Shown here in pieces: positions 10,153 to 19,344 of a stretch of 64,000 bases of DNA. Every line of letters begins with the position of its first letter. Positions within the stretch are counted from its first letter, which is position 1. The stretch is from Promethearchaeota archaeon (GTDB lineage Archaea; Asgardarchaeota; Lokiarchaeia; Sigyniarchaeales; SOKP01). Location: the NCBI GenBank assembly GCA_048938855.1, contig JBHLLT010000009.1:1-64000 (forward strand). Direction: 5' to 3'. A program made the translations under genes and the position numbers. The notes beneath the pieces are model-generated. The model searched no databases, had not been told where the DNA came from, and saw only the letters and a program-made list of their open reading frames with translations.

Positions 10153-11946
10153 ATGGAAAAAAAAAATTTAGCTATTATAATATTAGTAGTTGTATTAGCT
10201 TTTTCTGCTATAGGGAATGTTATTCTTGGAACTATTATGGTACATCTTGAATTCGGGGATCATGGAGAATATCTTAAAGTTGCAAGGTCAGAAAATCCTA
10301 TTACTATGGATCCAATAGATTGTTGGGATGCGGCATCAAATGCTATGTTTGAGCAGGTCGTTGAAACATTACTTACTTATGATTTAACTGATCCGGAGTT
10401 CCCAATTATTGGAAGGCTTGCAGAATCATGGTATTGGTTTGATAATAAAACAATTGTATTTCAATTAAGGGAAAATACATTTTTTCATGACGGGTCAAAA
10501 CTTACTGGAGAATGTGTTTTACATACTTTCGAAAGAATTAATTTCTTCGGTAATGCAACAGGAACCTTAGATCCCGATCTATATGTGATGGCTGCACCAC
10601 ATTCTCTTTATAAATTTCCTAATAAACCACCAGGGTTAACACCTATCTTTAATCATACCTTAAGTTTTGTTAATCCTATGGATGAGTTGGAAGTTACTCT
10701 CGTTCTAAATGCTCCATTTGCTCAAGCTGAAGGGTTATTAGCTTTTACTGCTAGCTCAATTGTGCATCCTGATTCTACTCCATCAGATAGAATGTTAGTT
10801 CTTGGTGAAGATTTAGTCATTGGAACAGGCCCATTCAAATTAGTGAGACTTGTTCCAAATTCAGAGGTACGGTTTACCCGTTGGGAACGATACTGGAGAA
10901 CTGGTGCCTATTTTGATGGTGTTGTATATATTTATTATAGAGATGAGATTACCGCAAACAATGCTATGATAGCCGGAGATATTGACTGGTTAGGTAAGGG
11001 ACTTGTGTCACTTAAACCTCAGTTTGAAGCGGATCCAGATATAACTGTAACTGGAGATGGAATTCATGATTACATCAATGGCTCTTCTTATGGATATATT
11101 GAGTTTAATTCTGAAATCATTAATATAACTTGGAGAAAAGCGATATCATACGCATTTAACTATAGCTATCTTATTAAAGAAATCCAACAAGACACAGTTA
11201 TAAGGGCTCATTCCCTAGTACCTCCTGGGTTTCCCGCACATAACGCATCTGTAAAAGCTGCTAACTATGATATACCAAAAGCAAGGCATTATATGCAGAA
11301 AATGGGTTATGGATATACCGCTGGAGTTCCTTGGCAAGTAGGCTCTCAATTGGGAGATAAATTTTTTCCTGGTAGTGATGAAAATCTCTGGAAGGCCGCA
11401 GAATTTATTCCAACAACAAATGCATCAGGATGGATATTGCCCACAGCTAATTTTACTAATAATGCTTTTAACTTCCAAACCTTTTTAGGTTCTCATTTCC
11501 TTAACCTCCTTATCCAACGATTTTCAGAAGATATAAATCTAATTGGAATAAAAATCGCTCCATATGTGTCGTCTTTTGATGAATTTTTGGACAACACATT
11601 TTATCATCGCGAAAATCTTCATCTTTATTTTTCAGCATGGGCTCCTGATTACTTCGAGACATTTAATATGATAGATCCTTTAGTCAATCCAAACTCATTA
11701 GCGAACTTCGGTGGAATTAACGAACCTGAAATAAATACTCTCTTGGATCTCACCGCAGCTGAAACTGATACACTTCAAAGATATGAATACTATGAAAAAC
11801 TTCAGTCTTTAATCCACGACAAATATTTCTTTCAAATGCCCTTATTTTACCCAAAAACTTACTATGTCCACGCCGCAAATGTGAAAGGCTTCCCTTATAA
11901 TTCTATAGGGAGTGTATACTGGTATCCTTGCTACCGCGAACAGTGA
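10153..11946 (+). CDS. ABC transporter substrate-binding protein, family 5 (peptide/nickel type)
   Basis: N-terminal TM, TMDP, VETL, LAESW, FQLREN..FHDG, GTGPF, RKAISYAFN, WAPDY. Confidence 0.9.
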   Translation: MEKKNLAIIILVVVLAFSAIGNVILGTIMVHLEFGDHGEYLKVARSENPITMDPIDCWDAASNAMFEQVVETLLTYDLTDPEFPIIGRLAESWYWFDNKTIVFQLRENTFFHDGSKLTGECVLHTFERINFFGNATGTLDPDLYVMAAPHSLYKFPNKPPGLTPIFNHTLSFVNPMDELEVTLVLNAPFAQAEGLLAFTASSIVHPDSTPSDRMLVLGEDLVIGTGPFKLVRLVPNSEVRFTRWERYWRTGAYFDGVVYIYYRDEITANNAMIAGDIDWLGKGLVSLKPQFEADPDITVTGDGIHDYINGSSYGYIEFNSEIINITWRKAISYAFNYSYLIKEIQQDTVIRAHSLVPPGFPAHNASVKAANYDIPKARHYMQKMGYGYTAGVPWQVGSQLGDKFFPGSDENLWKAAEFIPTTNASGWILPTANFTNNAFNFQTFLGSHFLNLLIQRFSEDINLIGIKIAPYVSSFDEFLDNTFYHRENLHLYFSAWAPDYFETFNMIDPLVNPNSLANFGGINEPEINTLLDLTAAETDTLQRYEYYEKLQSLIHDKYFFQMPLFYPKTYYVHAANVKGFPYNSIGSVYWYPCYREQ

Positions 11947-11999
11947 ATTAATAAGAATAAAGTTAATATTCACTGAATTTTAATGAGAATTACAAATCA

Positions 12000-12206
12000 T
12001 TAAAATTCTCGCCTTAAAATCATTCTATATTCAGGATCTCTTTCTTTAAATGGGATTTTCTCAGTTCCTGAATAAATATCAGAAGATTTATAGATTTTAA
12101 AAAGTTTTGAGAAAGGGATGATGATATCAGAAATTTTATAATGTTCCTCAGCAATTTTTTTCCTAAATTCCTTATCATAGAACTTGTATATTTTTCCTAA
12201 ACTCAT
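12000..12206 (-). CDS. Small hypothetical protein
   Basis: 68 aa, 13 nt downstream of the RHH gene, purine-rich GGAAGTGA RBS-like sequence upstream. Confidence 0.55.
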   Translation of the reverse strand: MSLGKIYKFYDKEFRKKIAEEHYKISDIIIPFSKLFKIYKSSDIYSGTEKIPFKERDPEYRMILRREF

Positions 12207-12219
12207 CTATATCACTTCC

Positions 12220-12645
12220 TTATTCTTTTACAATAAGCTTTCCTCTATATCGGAGTTTAACTCCAAGTTTTTCCAACTTGTTTTTATAATCGAATATTAT
12301 TTCTCTAAGAATTTTACGACTTATACCTAATTGTTCTGCTAGGATTTCTGATTCAATCTCATTAAATAGATCAGAATATTTTACCAATTTCTGAATTGAT
12401 TCTTGGACAACTTGATTGTAATCTGTTATTTCAATTTCTCTTGTAATATCTGTTAAATCAATATCATAGTTACTTTTTAATAACTCTGGGTTACCTTCTA
12501 CCCAGTTATGGACAATATTTCGAACTGTTTCTGAACGAGATTGTTTCCTTTTATCAGCCATCAGATTGAGTACTTTCTCATCAAATGCATCAAGACTGAA
12601 AGTAATCCTAGATAAATCAGATGATCTTTTTGGTTCTGATGGCAT
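12220..12645 (-). CDS. Ribbon-helix-helix (CopG-like) protein with C-terminal winged-helix/PCI-like domain
   Basis: RITFSLD...L...A......SRSETVRNIV; C-terminal IESEILAEQLGIS. Confidence 0.7.
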   Translation of the reverse strand: MPSEPKRSSDLSRITFSLDAFDEKVLNLMADKRKQSRSETVRNIVHNWVEGNPELLKSNYDIDLTDITREIEITDYNQVVQESIQKLVKYSDLFNEIESEILAEQLGISRKILREIIFDYKNKLEKLGVKLRYRGKLIVKE

Positions 12646-12729
12646 TTTTTTATATTACCGACAAAAATTCATTGCTTATTAAGATCATTTTTTTTCAAAT
12701 ATTTAAATATTTGCACAAATGATGAATTA

Positions 12730-12749
12730 ATGCATCACTGAAGATGCAT
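12730..12749. promoter_or_regulatory. Inverted repeat ATGCATC-N6-GATGCAT next to a TATA box in a divergent promoter
   Basis: Perfect 7-bp arms; TATTTATAAA follows at 12751. Confidence 0.5.
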
Positions 12750-12821
12750 ATATTTATAAATGAAGAGGATCATATAATATTCATATACTATTTGTATGTC
12801 ATTTGAATATTATACGGTTGT

Positions 12822-13472
12822 TTGTGTAAAATGTTAGAACTTTATACCCCTCAATATGAAGAAATAAACACTAAAGAACGTATAACAATCGATCTAATAA
12901 AAGATGGCCAAGAATTCTTGCAGCAGTTTGATATTAATACTGGACTTTTACTAGATACAATTTCTGTAGTTTATAAGTATCTAAGGAGTAATGGAAAAAT
13001 CCCTCATAATTTGTTCAAATTTTTTATTGGAGCATATTATATCATTTCACGACACCCTTTTGCTTTTCCAATGCATGAAACTAAAACGGATTTTTGTGAG
13101 AAATTTAATATTCCAATTAGTGCATTGGATTATTGCGTAGAACGAATAGTGAATTCTTTAAACTACATTAAAATCTTGGATGATAAGAATTTTCCATATT
13201 TTGTGGACCCAAAACGTGATATTAGCTTAAAATTCATTAAAAATCTCATCAAATCTAAAGTGGATAAGGCAATGATGACTTTTTTAATATATAATCGACC
13301 AATTAACTCACAAATTCTTACCGAAGAATTAGTAAATGAAGCTATTTTTGAGCAAAATGCTTTCCCTGAAGAATTATTTAGACAATTATTTGAAATCGCA
13401 TTTGAGTATGTTGAAAACGGATTTCAGGATTATAAGGAATATGTAAGAATGCAGAAAAAGTATTTCATATAA
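12822..13472 (+). CDS. Hypothetical protein with a cyclin/TFIIB-repeat-like fold (start probably 12831)
   Basis: GAYYIISRH..P...TKTDFCEKFNIPISALDYCVERIVNSL resembles the TFB core repeat (AAIYIA.R....TQ.EIA...GV...TI......L...L). Confidence 0.5.
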   Translation: MCKMLELYTPQYEEINTKERITIDLIKDGQEFLQQFDINTGLLLDTISVVYKYLRSNGKIPHNLFKFFIGAYYIISRHPFAFPMHETKTDFCEKFNIPISALDYCVERIVNSLNYIKILDDKNFPYFVDPKRDISLKFIKNLIKSKVDKAMMTFLIYNRPINSQILTEELVNEAIFEQNAFPEELFRQLFEIAFEYVENGFQDYKEYVRMQKKYFI

Positions 13473-13486
13473 TTAAATTAAGAATT

Positions 13487-13795
13487 CTAATATTTGATTG
13501 CCTCAGGTCTACTTATTTCTTCCTTTTGTATATAATAATGGCTCCCAATGATCATCATAGTTAATCCTATCAAAGCACTTAATATTGTAGACCACCCATA
13601 CTGCATAAACCACAAACTCCAATAAGTTGTTGGATCCAATGGAACACAATAAGTACTAGAGGGAGTAGGGATACATGGTGTTATAACTTCGCCAAAAATA
13701 AGTGTTAAAATAGTGTTAAATGAAAAGAAATAAGATCCTAAAATTAATAAAACCATACCTTTAGTTTTACTTCTAAAAGAACTCACATCCTTCAA
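13487..13795 (-). CDS. Small two-TM membrane protein, paralog A
   Basis: KGM.LLILG TM, loop C-x-PTP-x4-C-x-P, W.MQ.GW, second TM. Confidence 0.75.
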   Translation of the reverse strand: MKDVSSFRSKTKGMVLLILGSYFFSFNTILTLIFGEVITPCIPTPSSTYCVPLDPTTYWSLWFMQYGWSTILSALIGLTMMIIGSHYYIQKEEISRPEAIKY

Positions 13796-13963
13796 TTTTA
13801 CATTATTGTAAACAATGAATTAAGATTATAAATAACTATTTAATGTTTTCTCAAGAGATCTTAATATTTCATAGATTTCAATTAAATTATTTTACTATGA
13901 TTATAAGGCATATTTAAGAATACAGTAATAACATTTTATATAATTTAAATGGCAATTCTAAGG

Positions 13964-14248
13964 CTAAAATATTTCATAATTGTCTAATTTCTTTATTAAG
14001 ACAAGATAGCGACTTCCAATAATGATTAGAATTAATCCTCCTAATGCAATTAATATGGTATACCATCCGTGCTGCATTAACCATACTCTCAAATAATTTA
14101 ATGGTTCTACTGGAGTACAACTTAGGCCATATGGAGTTGGACTACAAACTACTCTAACAGTATCAACTAAAATTGACATAATGGGATTAACAGAAAAGAG
14201 ATAAAATCCTAAAATAAGGAAGATCATACCTTTTACTTTATTTCTCAT
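13964..14248 (-). CDS. Small two-TM membrane protein, paralog B
   Basis: Same architecture and Cys-PTP-Cys loop as 13487..13795. Confidence 0.8.
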   Translation of the reverse strand: MRNKVKGMIFLILGFYLFSVNPIMSILVDTVRVVCSPTPYGLSCTPVEPLNYLRVWLMQHGWYTILIALGGLILIIIGSRYLVLIKKLDNYEIF

Positions 14249-14478
14249 GTATAATCACATTACTTTATTTTACATTATTGTAAGCTAAAAATTAAGATAA
14301 TAATTAGGTATTTAAGAATTTCTAATGTAATTCTGTAATTTCATAATATCTAAAATGAGATTTTAAAGTAATTTTTCATATCGAATTTTTAATATCCCAT
14401 TCTTGAAGAGCTAGTACAATGTTTAAAAACGGTTTTCCAACAACAGTTAAATTATCTATTTAACTGATCCAATGGCAT

Positions 14479-15321
14479 TTATGTGCCATATAAACTTTTA
14501 CTCCCCAATAATGAATCAACCTTAGAAAATAAACCTAATATCAGACTTAGTTCCTTTTTCGACATTAAACTCCTACTAAGAACATTTCGAAATGCAAAGA
14601 AAACATTATCTTTTTTATAGGTTCTTACTTTTAGTTTTTTAATTATTTCCTTAATTATATTTAATAATATTAATCGTTCTTCTCGAGAGGCAATTAAAAC
14701 GGGATGTTCTCCGCGTCCGATGGTAATTATATTTATTTTTTTAAATATTTCATATAAAATAATTCCACAAGCATGAGATAAATTTAATGCTGAATATGTA
14801 TTACTTGTAGGTATACGTAAAAGTATATCAGCAAGACCAATTTCTTCATTTGTTAGACCTCGTGATTCTTTACCAAAAAGAATAGCAATTTTTAGAGGAT
14901 TAGCTGAAATTGGGAGCTCTAAATCTTCTGGGAATATAGCTAATCTCCTAATATTTGAATGACTCTTTCCTCGAGCTGTTGTTGCAATAATATAATCATA
15001 CTTTTTAAGGAAGGCTTTAAATTCTTTTAAATGGTTTTTCGGATTATTTATTTCTATAATTTCTGAATTAGAAAGAATTTCCTTTCCATGCATAGCAAAA
15101 CCTTGAGTTTCATAACTTAGGATAGTATCAATATTTTCATTTGGATTAAAAATGACAAGCTTATCAAAATTGAAATTCTCCATGACACGTGCGATAGAGC
15201 CAATATTTCCTGAGTGCTCAGGTTGTACTAACACTACTGTAAATGAAAGATTTTCATAATCTTTAACTCTATGAGTTCCTTGAAAGGAAGAAATCTCTCT
15301 CATTGTATTTTTCTTATTCAT
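14479..15321 (-). CDS. SpoU/TrmH-family RNA methyltransferase (TrmJ/LasT-like)
   Basis: VVLVQPEHSGNIGSIARVMENF, LFGKESRGLTNEE, IPT...YSALNLSHA. Confidence 0.92.
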   Translation of the reverse strand: MNKKNTMREISSFQGTHRVKDYENLSFTVVLVQPEHSGNIGSIARVMENFNFDKLVIFNPNENIDTILSYETQGFAMHGKEILSNSEIIEINNPKNHLKEFKAFLKKYDYIIATTARGKSHSNIRRLAIFPEDLELPISANPLKIAILFGKESRGLTNEEIGLADILLRIPTSNTYSALNLSHACGIILYEIFKKINIITIGRGEHPVLIASREERLILLNIIKEIIKKLKVRTYKKDNVFFAFRNVLSRSLMSKKELSLILGLFSKVDSLLGSKSLYGT

Positions 15322-15365
15322 TTTTATTAATTCCCTATTTTTATAATGAATTATTTATAAACATA

Positions 15366-16196
15366 TTACTCTTCAAAAAACTCTAAGATTAGTTTGTTTA
15401 CTTCTGAAGCTCTTGAAACTGTCATAAAATGTCCAGCTTTTTCAATTATCTCTAATCTACTATTGGGTAACCTTTTATTCATTTCAATCATTGAAGATTT
15501 AGGTATTAATCTATCGTGAGAAGCAGAAATTAATAATGTTTTATTTTTAATTTTGTCTAAATGATCAAACACATTATGCATCATCAAACCATTACCTTGA
15601 TTAATGATATCTTGAGCCCTTGAAGGATTAATAGTGCTCTGTTCTATTAAATCTTCCAATGAAAAAGCATTATGAAATTTCCTTTTTGGATTTTTTTTGA
15701 GTTCTTGTCGGAATCTTTGATGGAAAATAAACATAGATTTATTCCAAAACGCTTTAACTGGATCATTTTTAATTAATTCTATTTCTTTAATTCGATTTCT
15801 AATTGCTATCTCAACAGCAGCTTCTTCGTCAAATTTTGCATTCGTTGCTATTAAAACTAGTTTTTTTACAATATCAGGATATTTTAAAACAAAATTTTGA
15901 GCTATCATACCACCAAACGATCTCCCAACTAGATGCGTTGATTCAATTGCTAACTTGTGTAATAAATCCTTTAAATCTTCTACAAACATATCCATAGTAT
16001 AGAGGTAATTTGGCCTATCAGTTTTTCCTGTTCCTCTTATATCAAATATTATCGTTTTATATTTTTTACTTAATTCTGTTAGCTGGGGTTTCCAAATTTC
16101 TTTTTTTGAACCAAAACCGTGAATAAATATGATTGGAAATCCTGCTCCTTTAACATCATAAGAAACATTAATTCCATTAACAAATGCAAAACTCAT
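15366..16196 (-). CDS. Alpha/beta hydrolase (PcaD/MenH-like)
   Basis: FIHGFG, DIRGTGKTD, GRSFGG, HDRLIP, AGH. Confidence 0.9.
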   Translation of the reverse strand: MSFAFVNGINVSYDVKGAGFPIIFIHGFGSKKEIWKPQLTELSKKYKTIIFDIRGTGKTDRPNYLYTMDMFVEDLKDLLHKLAIESTHLVGRSFGGMIAQNFVLKYPDIVKKLVLIATNAKFDEEAAVEIAIRNRIKEIELIKNDPVKAFWNKSMFIFHQRFRQELKKNPKRKFHNAFSLEDLIEQSTINPSRAQDIINQGNGLMMHNVFDHLDKIKNKTLLISASHDRLIPKSSMIEMNKRLPNSRLEIIEKAGHFMTVSRASEVNKLILEFFEE

Positions 16197-16361
16197 TATA
16201 TTACATAATAAAACATTTAAAATAAGTTCTTTAAATGGAAGATATAAATATGTGAAGTCGCATTAACTAATTATATTATTGATTTTACAGTTCTAAGTTA
16301 CTTTACCTATATTACTGAAAAATCGTATTTATTAAATTATAATTGAATTGGTTTGCATTAA

Positions 16362-16958
16362 ATGCCAGTTTATAAAAATATTGTAGAGTTCCTTGAATTC
16401 ATTAATATCAGCAACGAAAAGTTCACCTTATTTGAATGGAAACCACAAAGATCATTTCGAAGATTTGATTTAGATTTAAATATAGTAAAAGAAAATCCTA
16501 TTAGTGATATCTTTTTTCATAGAGATAAAGGAAATATGAAACTAGTTTATATCCGTAAACATAATCTAATATACACAGTAGGTGCTAGTCCAGCGGTTCA
16601 ATATCAACTTTTGGAAGCTTTATTAGAATATATTGATTTAAAATTTAATGAGATTTTTGATGTAGGAACAATCTTATCATATGGAGATCTTTCACCTGGG
16701 CTTTTTGACAAAGAATTTAATCCAATTATTACCCATATTATTTTAAATTTTGCAAAATTAGGATTAGTTAAGCGAATTCAAGTAGAATGCAGAGTTTGTG
16801 GAACAGTTTTACCTTTATTTGTAAAAAAAAGTTTTATTGAAAATGCAGAATCTTATCCTGTTCCGATTGTATACAGTCACCGTGGTCATGCAGTTCTTTG
16901 CTTCATTGACAAGAATTATCAACATAGAGGAGTAGAACTAGTAAATATCACCGGTTAA
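16362..16958 (+). CDS. Longin-like domain protein with C-terminal CxxC/His zinc-binding-like domain
   Basis: KLVYIRKHNLIYTVGAS...LLEALLEYIDLKFNEIF resembles the longin beta4-beta5-alpha2 core; C-terminal CRVC...HRGH...FIDKN..RGVE. Confidence 0.55.
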   Translation: MPVYKNIVEFLEFINISNEKFTLFEWKPQRSFRRFDLDLNIVKENPISDIFFHRDKGNMKLVYIRKHNLIYTVGASPAVQYQLLEALLEYIDLKFNEIFDVGTILSYGDLSPGLFDKEFNPIITHIILNFAKLGLVKRIQVECRVCGTVLPLFVKKSFIENAESYPVPIVYSHRGHAVLCFIDKNYQHRGVELVNITG

Positions 16959-17036
16959 GATAAAACGGTAATCATTGAGACTTTTTCTTAAATCCTCAAT
17001 AATGAATTTTAAAAGCTTAATTAAAATAATATACAT

Positions 17037-18098
17037 ATGGAAGAAAATCAAAATTCCAATAAATCACCTGAGCAACCATTTTTTGAGGAGATAGTTAAAA
17101 AGACCAAAACAGGTATAACTTTTCCTAAAGCACTAAGAGATGATTTCTTTAAGGGAGATGTTGATGTATATTTTAGACTAGTTATTCCTGTAGAAAAGGA
17201 TAAAATTGTGTTAGAAATATTATCAGATGATGAAGTAAATGAAATTTCAAAATCATTGAAGTCAAAAAAATCTACTAGCACGTCAAAACCATTGGTTGAA
17301 AAAAAGGAAGGATTTATCAAGAAGACTACAGGCCCCGTCCCCGCATGGGGAGAATATTTTGTTTATGATTTCGATGCTAAAGACAAGGTTATTCCTATTT
17401 TAGAATCTGCTTTTTATAAATTTGCAGAAACACCTGTGAATCTAGAAGATGCAATGGGACGTGTTAAATATGCTTTAGTATCTTTTCTTTCCTCCACAAA
17501 AACTGAAAATGCTAAATTGTATTTTGCAATAGAAAAGTTTCTAATAGATATAATTGAGAAATTTGATCAACCCAATTTGTTAGATTGGATTTTCGAAAAG
17601 ATTATACCAAATATCGAAAGTAAATTTCTTTACGAACAAGCTCTTCTGGAACTTGTTGAAGCTAGTCTGAAATTTAAAAGATGGGAAAAAGCTGAGTTAT
17701 ATATTTTCTATGTATTGAAAAATATTGATAGTTACGCTAAATCGGAGATGTATAATATAATGAATTCCTTTAAAATGCTAGTTAAAAAAGTTAAATATGT
17801 AGAAAGATCAGACAAAATTGATATTTTACTTAAAGAAAAATTACTTGAATATAGTAAGGGGGTTGAAGATACTGATTACAAGATTCAGATTATAGAGTTT
17901 CTTGAAGATTTACAGTATATTGAACTCGCGTATGATCTGGCAAAAAGGGTTCAAGTTAACCTCCCTCCTGAAAGTATGAAAATAGAGGAGATTAGAAAAA
18001 TTGTAAGAAGGTTACATACAACTCCTATAAGTGAGAACAAACCAAATTCAAGCTTAGATTTTGAAGATGAAGGAGATGAAGAAAAAAATGAAGACTAA
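17037..18098 (+). CDS. AbrB/SpoVT-like N-terminal domain fused to an alpha-helical repeat region
   Basis: VKKTKTGITFPKALRDDF...V.F......KIVLE; downstream all-helical TPR/HEAT-like pattern; acidic tail. Confidence 0.5.
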   Translation: MEENQNSNKSPEQPFFEEIVKKTKTGITFPKALRDDFFKGDVDVYFRLVIPVEKDKIVLEILSDDEVNEISKSLKSKKSTSTSKPLVEKKEGFIKKTTGPVPAWGEYFVYDFDAKDKVIPILESAFYKFAETPVNLEDAMGRVKYALVSFLSSTKTENAKLYFAIEKFLIDIIEKFDQPNLLDWIFEKIIPNIESKFLYEQALLELVEASLKFKRWEKAELYIFYVLKNIDSYAKSEMYNIMNSFKMLVKKVKYVERSDKIDILLKEKLLEYSKGVEDTDYKIQIIEFLEDLQYIELAYDLAKRVQVNLPPESMKIEEIRKIVRRLHTTPISENKPNSSLDFEDEGDEEKNED

Positions 18099-19327
18099 TC
18101 GGAATTATTTTCTTTTTGTTCAGAAGCTTTCTTGAGTTCTTCCTCAACTCTTTTCATTTCAACATCTTTAATTTTTTCTTCTTTTTCTTTAATGGATTTT
18201 TCTTTAAGTTCCAACTCAACTTGTGATAAAGCCTTTTCCTTTTCCATTAATTCTTCCTTTAATTTTAAAGCTTTTTCCCTCTCTATGATTTCTTTCTCTT
18301 CTAATTCCTTTTCTTTTTCTTCTAATTCTAATTTCTTTTTCTTGATTTCTAGATCTTTCTTTTTTAATTCAAGTTCTTTATCAATGATTTCTTCTTCTTT
18401 TTTCTTTAACTTTTTAGGGATTTTTATTTCTTTTTCTTCACCTATATCACTTTCCTTTTCTAAGATCTCTTCTTTAAGTTTTAAGACTTCCTCTTTTTTC
18501 TGTATTACCTTTTCTTCTATTTCTTTCTCCTTTTCCTTTAATTCCAATTTCTTTTTCTTAATTTCAAGTTCTTTCTTTTTTAATTCAAATTCCTTATCTA
18601 ATATTTCGGATTCTTCTTTTCCTAAAATGGTCTCTTTTTCTACTTCCGTAGATGGTTCAGCTTCTTCTTCGACAATTTCATCAATTTTATCAACAGACAC
18701 AATTGATTTTAATATTTCATCAATCAATTCCTTAATATCTTCATTTTTAGGAGATTCTGATATTTCCTTAGCATAATCAGCTAATAGTCTTGTCATTAAT
18801 TTAGGAGATTTTAATCCTATAGCTTTTAAAGTCTGAAGAGCTTTTTCTACAACAAAATCTTTTTCATCATTTAATTTTGCTAGAATAGATTTAATAAGAG
18901 ATTCATCATCTATAATAGCTTCTCCTCCTAACATATAAATCAATAATTGCAGAGCTTCTTCTCGAACGTTTGGATCATCTGAATTTATTAAATCTTCGCT
19001 ATATGGTAGAAAGAGATCGCATTCCTGTTCACAGATTGTTTTTAACAGCAATAAAAAAGTAAATCGTAAAACGGGATCTCGTTTTGATAAATGTTCTAAC
19101 AAAGATGGAATATCTATTACTAGATTTTCAATTAAGAAACGTAAGACAGTACGTCCACCATGCAACGTTAAGAGAGTTTCTATGACATTTTCAAGTCTAT
19201 CTAAGAAATTATTTTTAGCATCTCCAATATAAAGTGCTATGATATTAACAGCATCATCAAATCTCCCATCTTTTACAAAATCTTTTACTTGAAGTAGTTC
19301 TACTGGTTCTTTTTCAATTTCATTCAT
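18095..19327 (-). CDS. HEAT-repeat protein with long Lys/Glu coiled-coil tail
   Basis: LSKRDPVLR, LINSDDPNVREEALQLL, LNDEKDFVVEKALQTL; C-terminal half K/E heptads. Confidence 0.8.
   Translation of the reverse strand: MNEIEKEPVELLQVKDFVKDGRFDDAVNIIALYIGDAKNNFLDRLENVIETLLTLHGGRTVLRFLIENLVIDIPSLLEHLSKRDPVLRFTFLLLLKTICEQECDLFLPYSEDLINSDDPNVREEALQLLIYMLGGEAIIDDESLIKSILAKLNDEKDFVVEKALQTLKAIGLKSPKLMTRLLADYAKEISESPKNEDIKELIDEILKSIVSVDKIDEIVEEEAEPSTEVEKETILGKEESEILDKEFELKKKELEIKKKKLELKEKEKEIEEKVIQKKEEVLKLKEEILEKESDIGEEKEIKIPKKLKKKEEEIIDKELELKKKDLEIKKKKLELEEKEKELEEKEIIEREKALKLKEELMEKEKALSQVELELKEKSIKEKEEKIKDVEMKRVEEELKKASEQKENNSD
18236..18620 (-). repeat. Internal tandem duplication within the coiled-coil tail (approximate bounds)
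   Basis: EILDKEFELKKKELEIKKKKLELKEKEKEIEEK...LKLKEEILEKE repeated as EIIDKELELKKKDLEIKKKKLELEEKEKELEEK...LKLKEELMEKE. Confidence 0.8.
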
Positions 19328-19344
19328 TTAATCACCATTTTATT

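Noticed and set aside
12000-12645. Possible type II toxin-antitoxin pair (RHH + small gene)
   Set aside because: The 68-aa protein shows no PIN, RelE, MazF or HicA motif and the RHH protein has an extra folded domain
18132-18776. 214-aa Ser/Phe-rich plus-strand ORF
   Set aside because: Antisense shadow of the Lys/Glu coiled-coil gene
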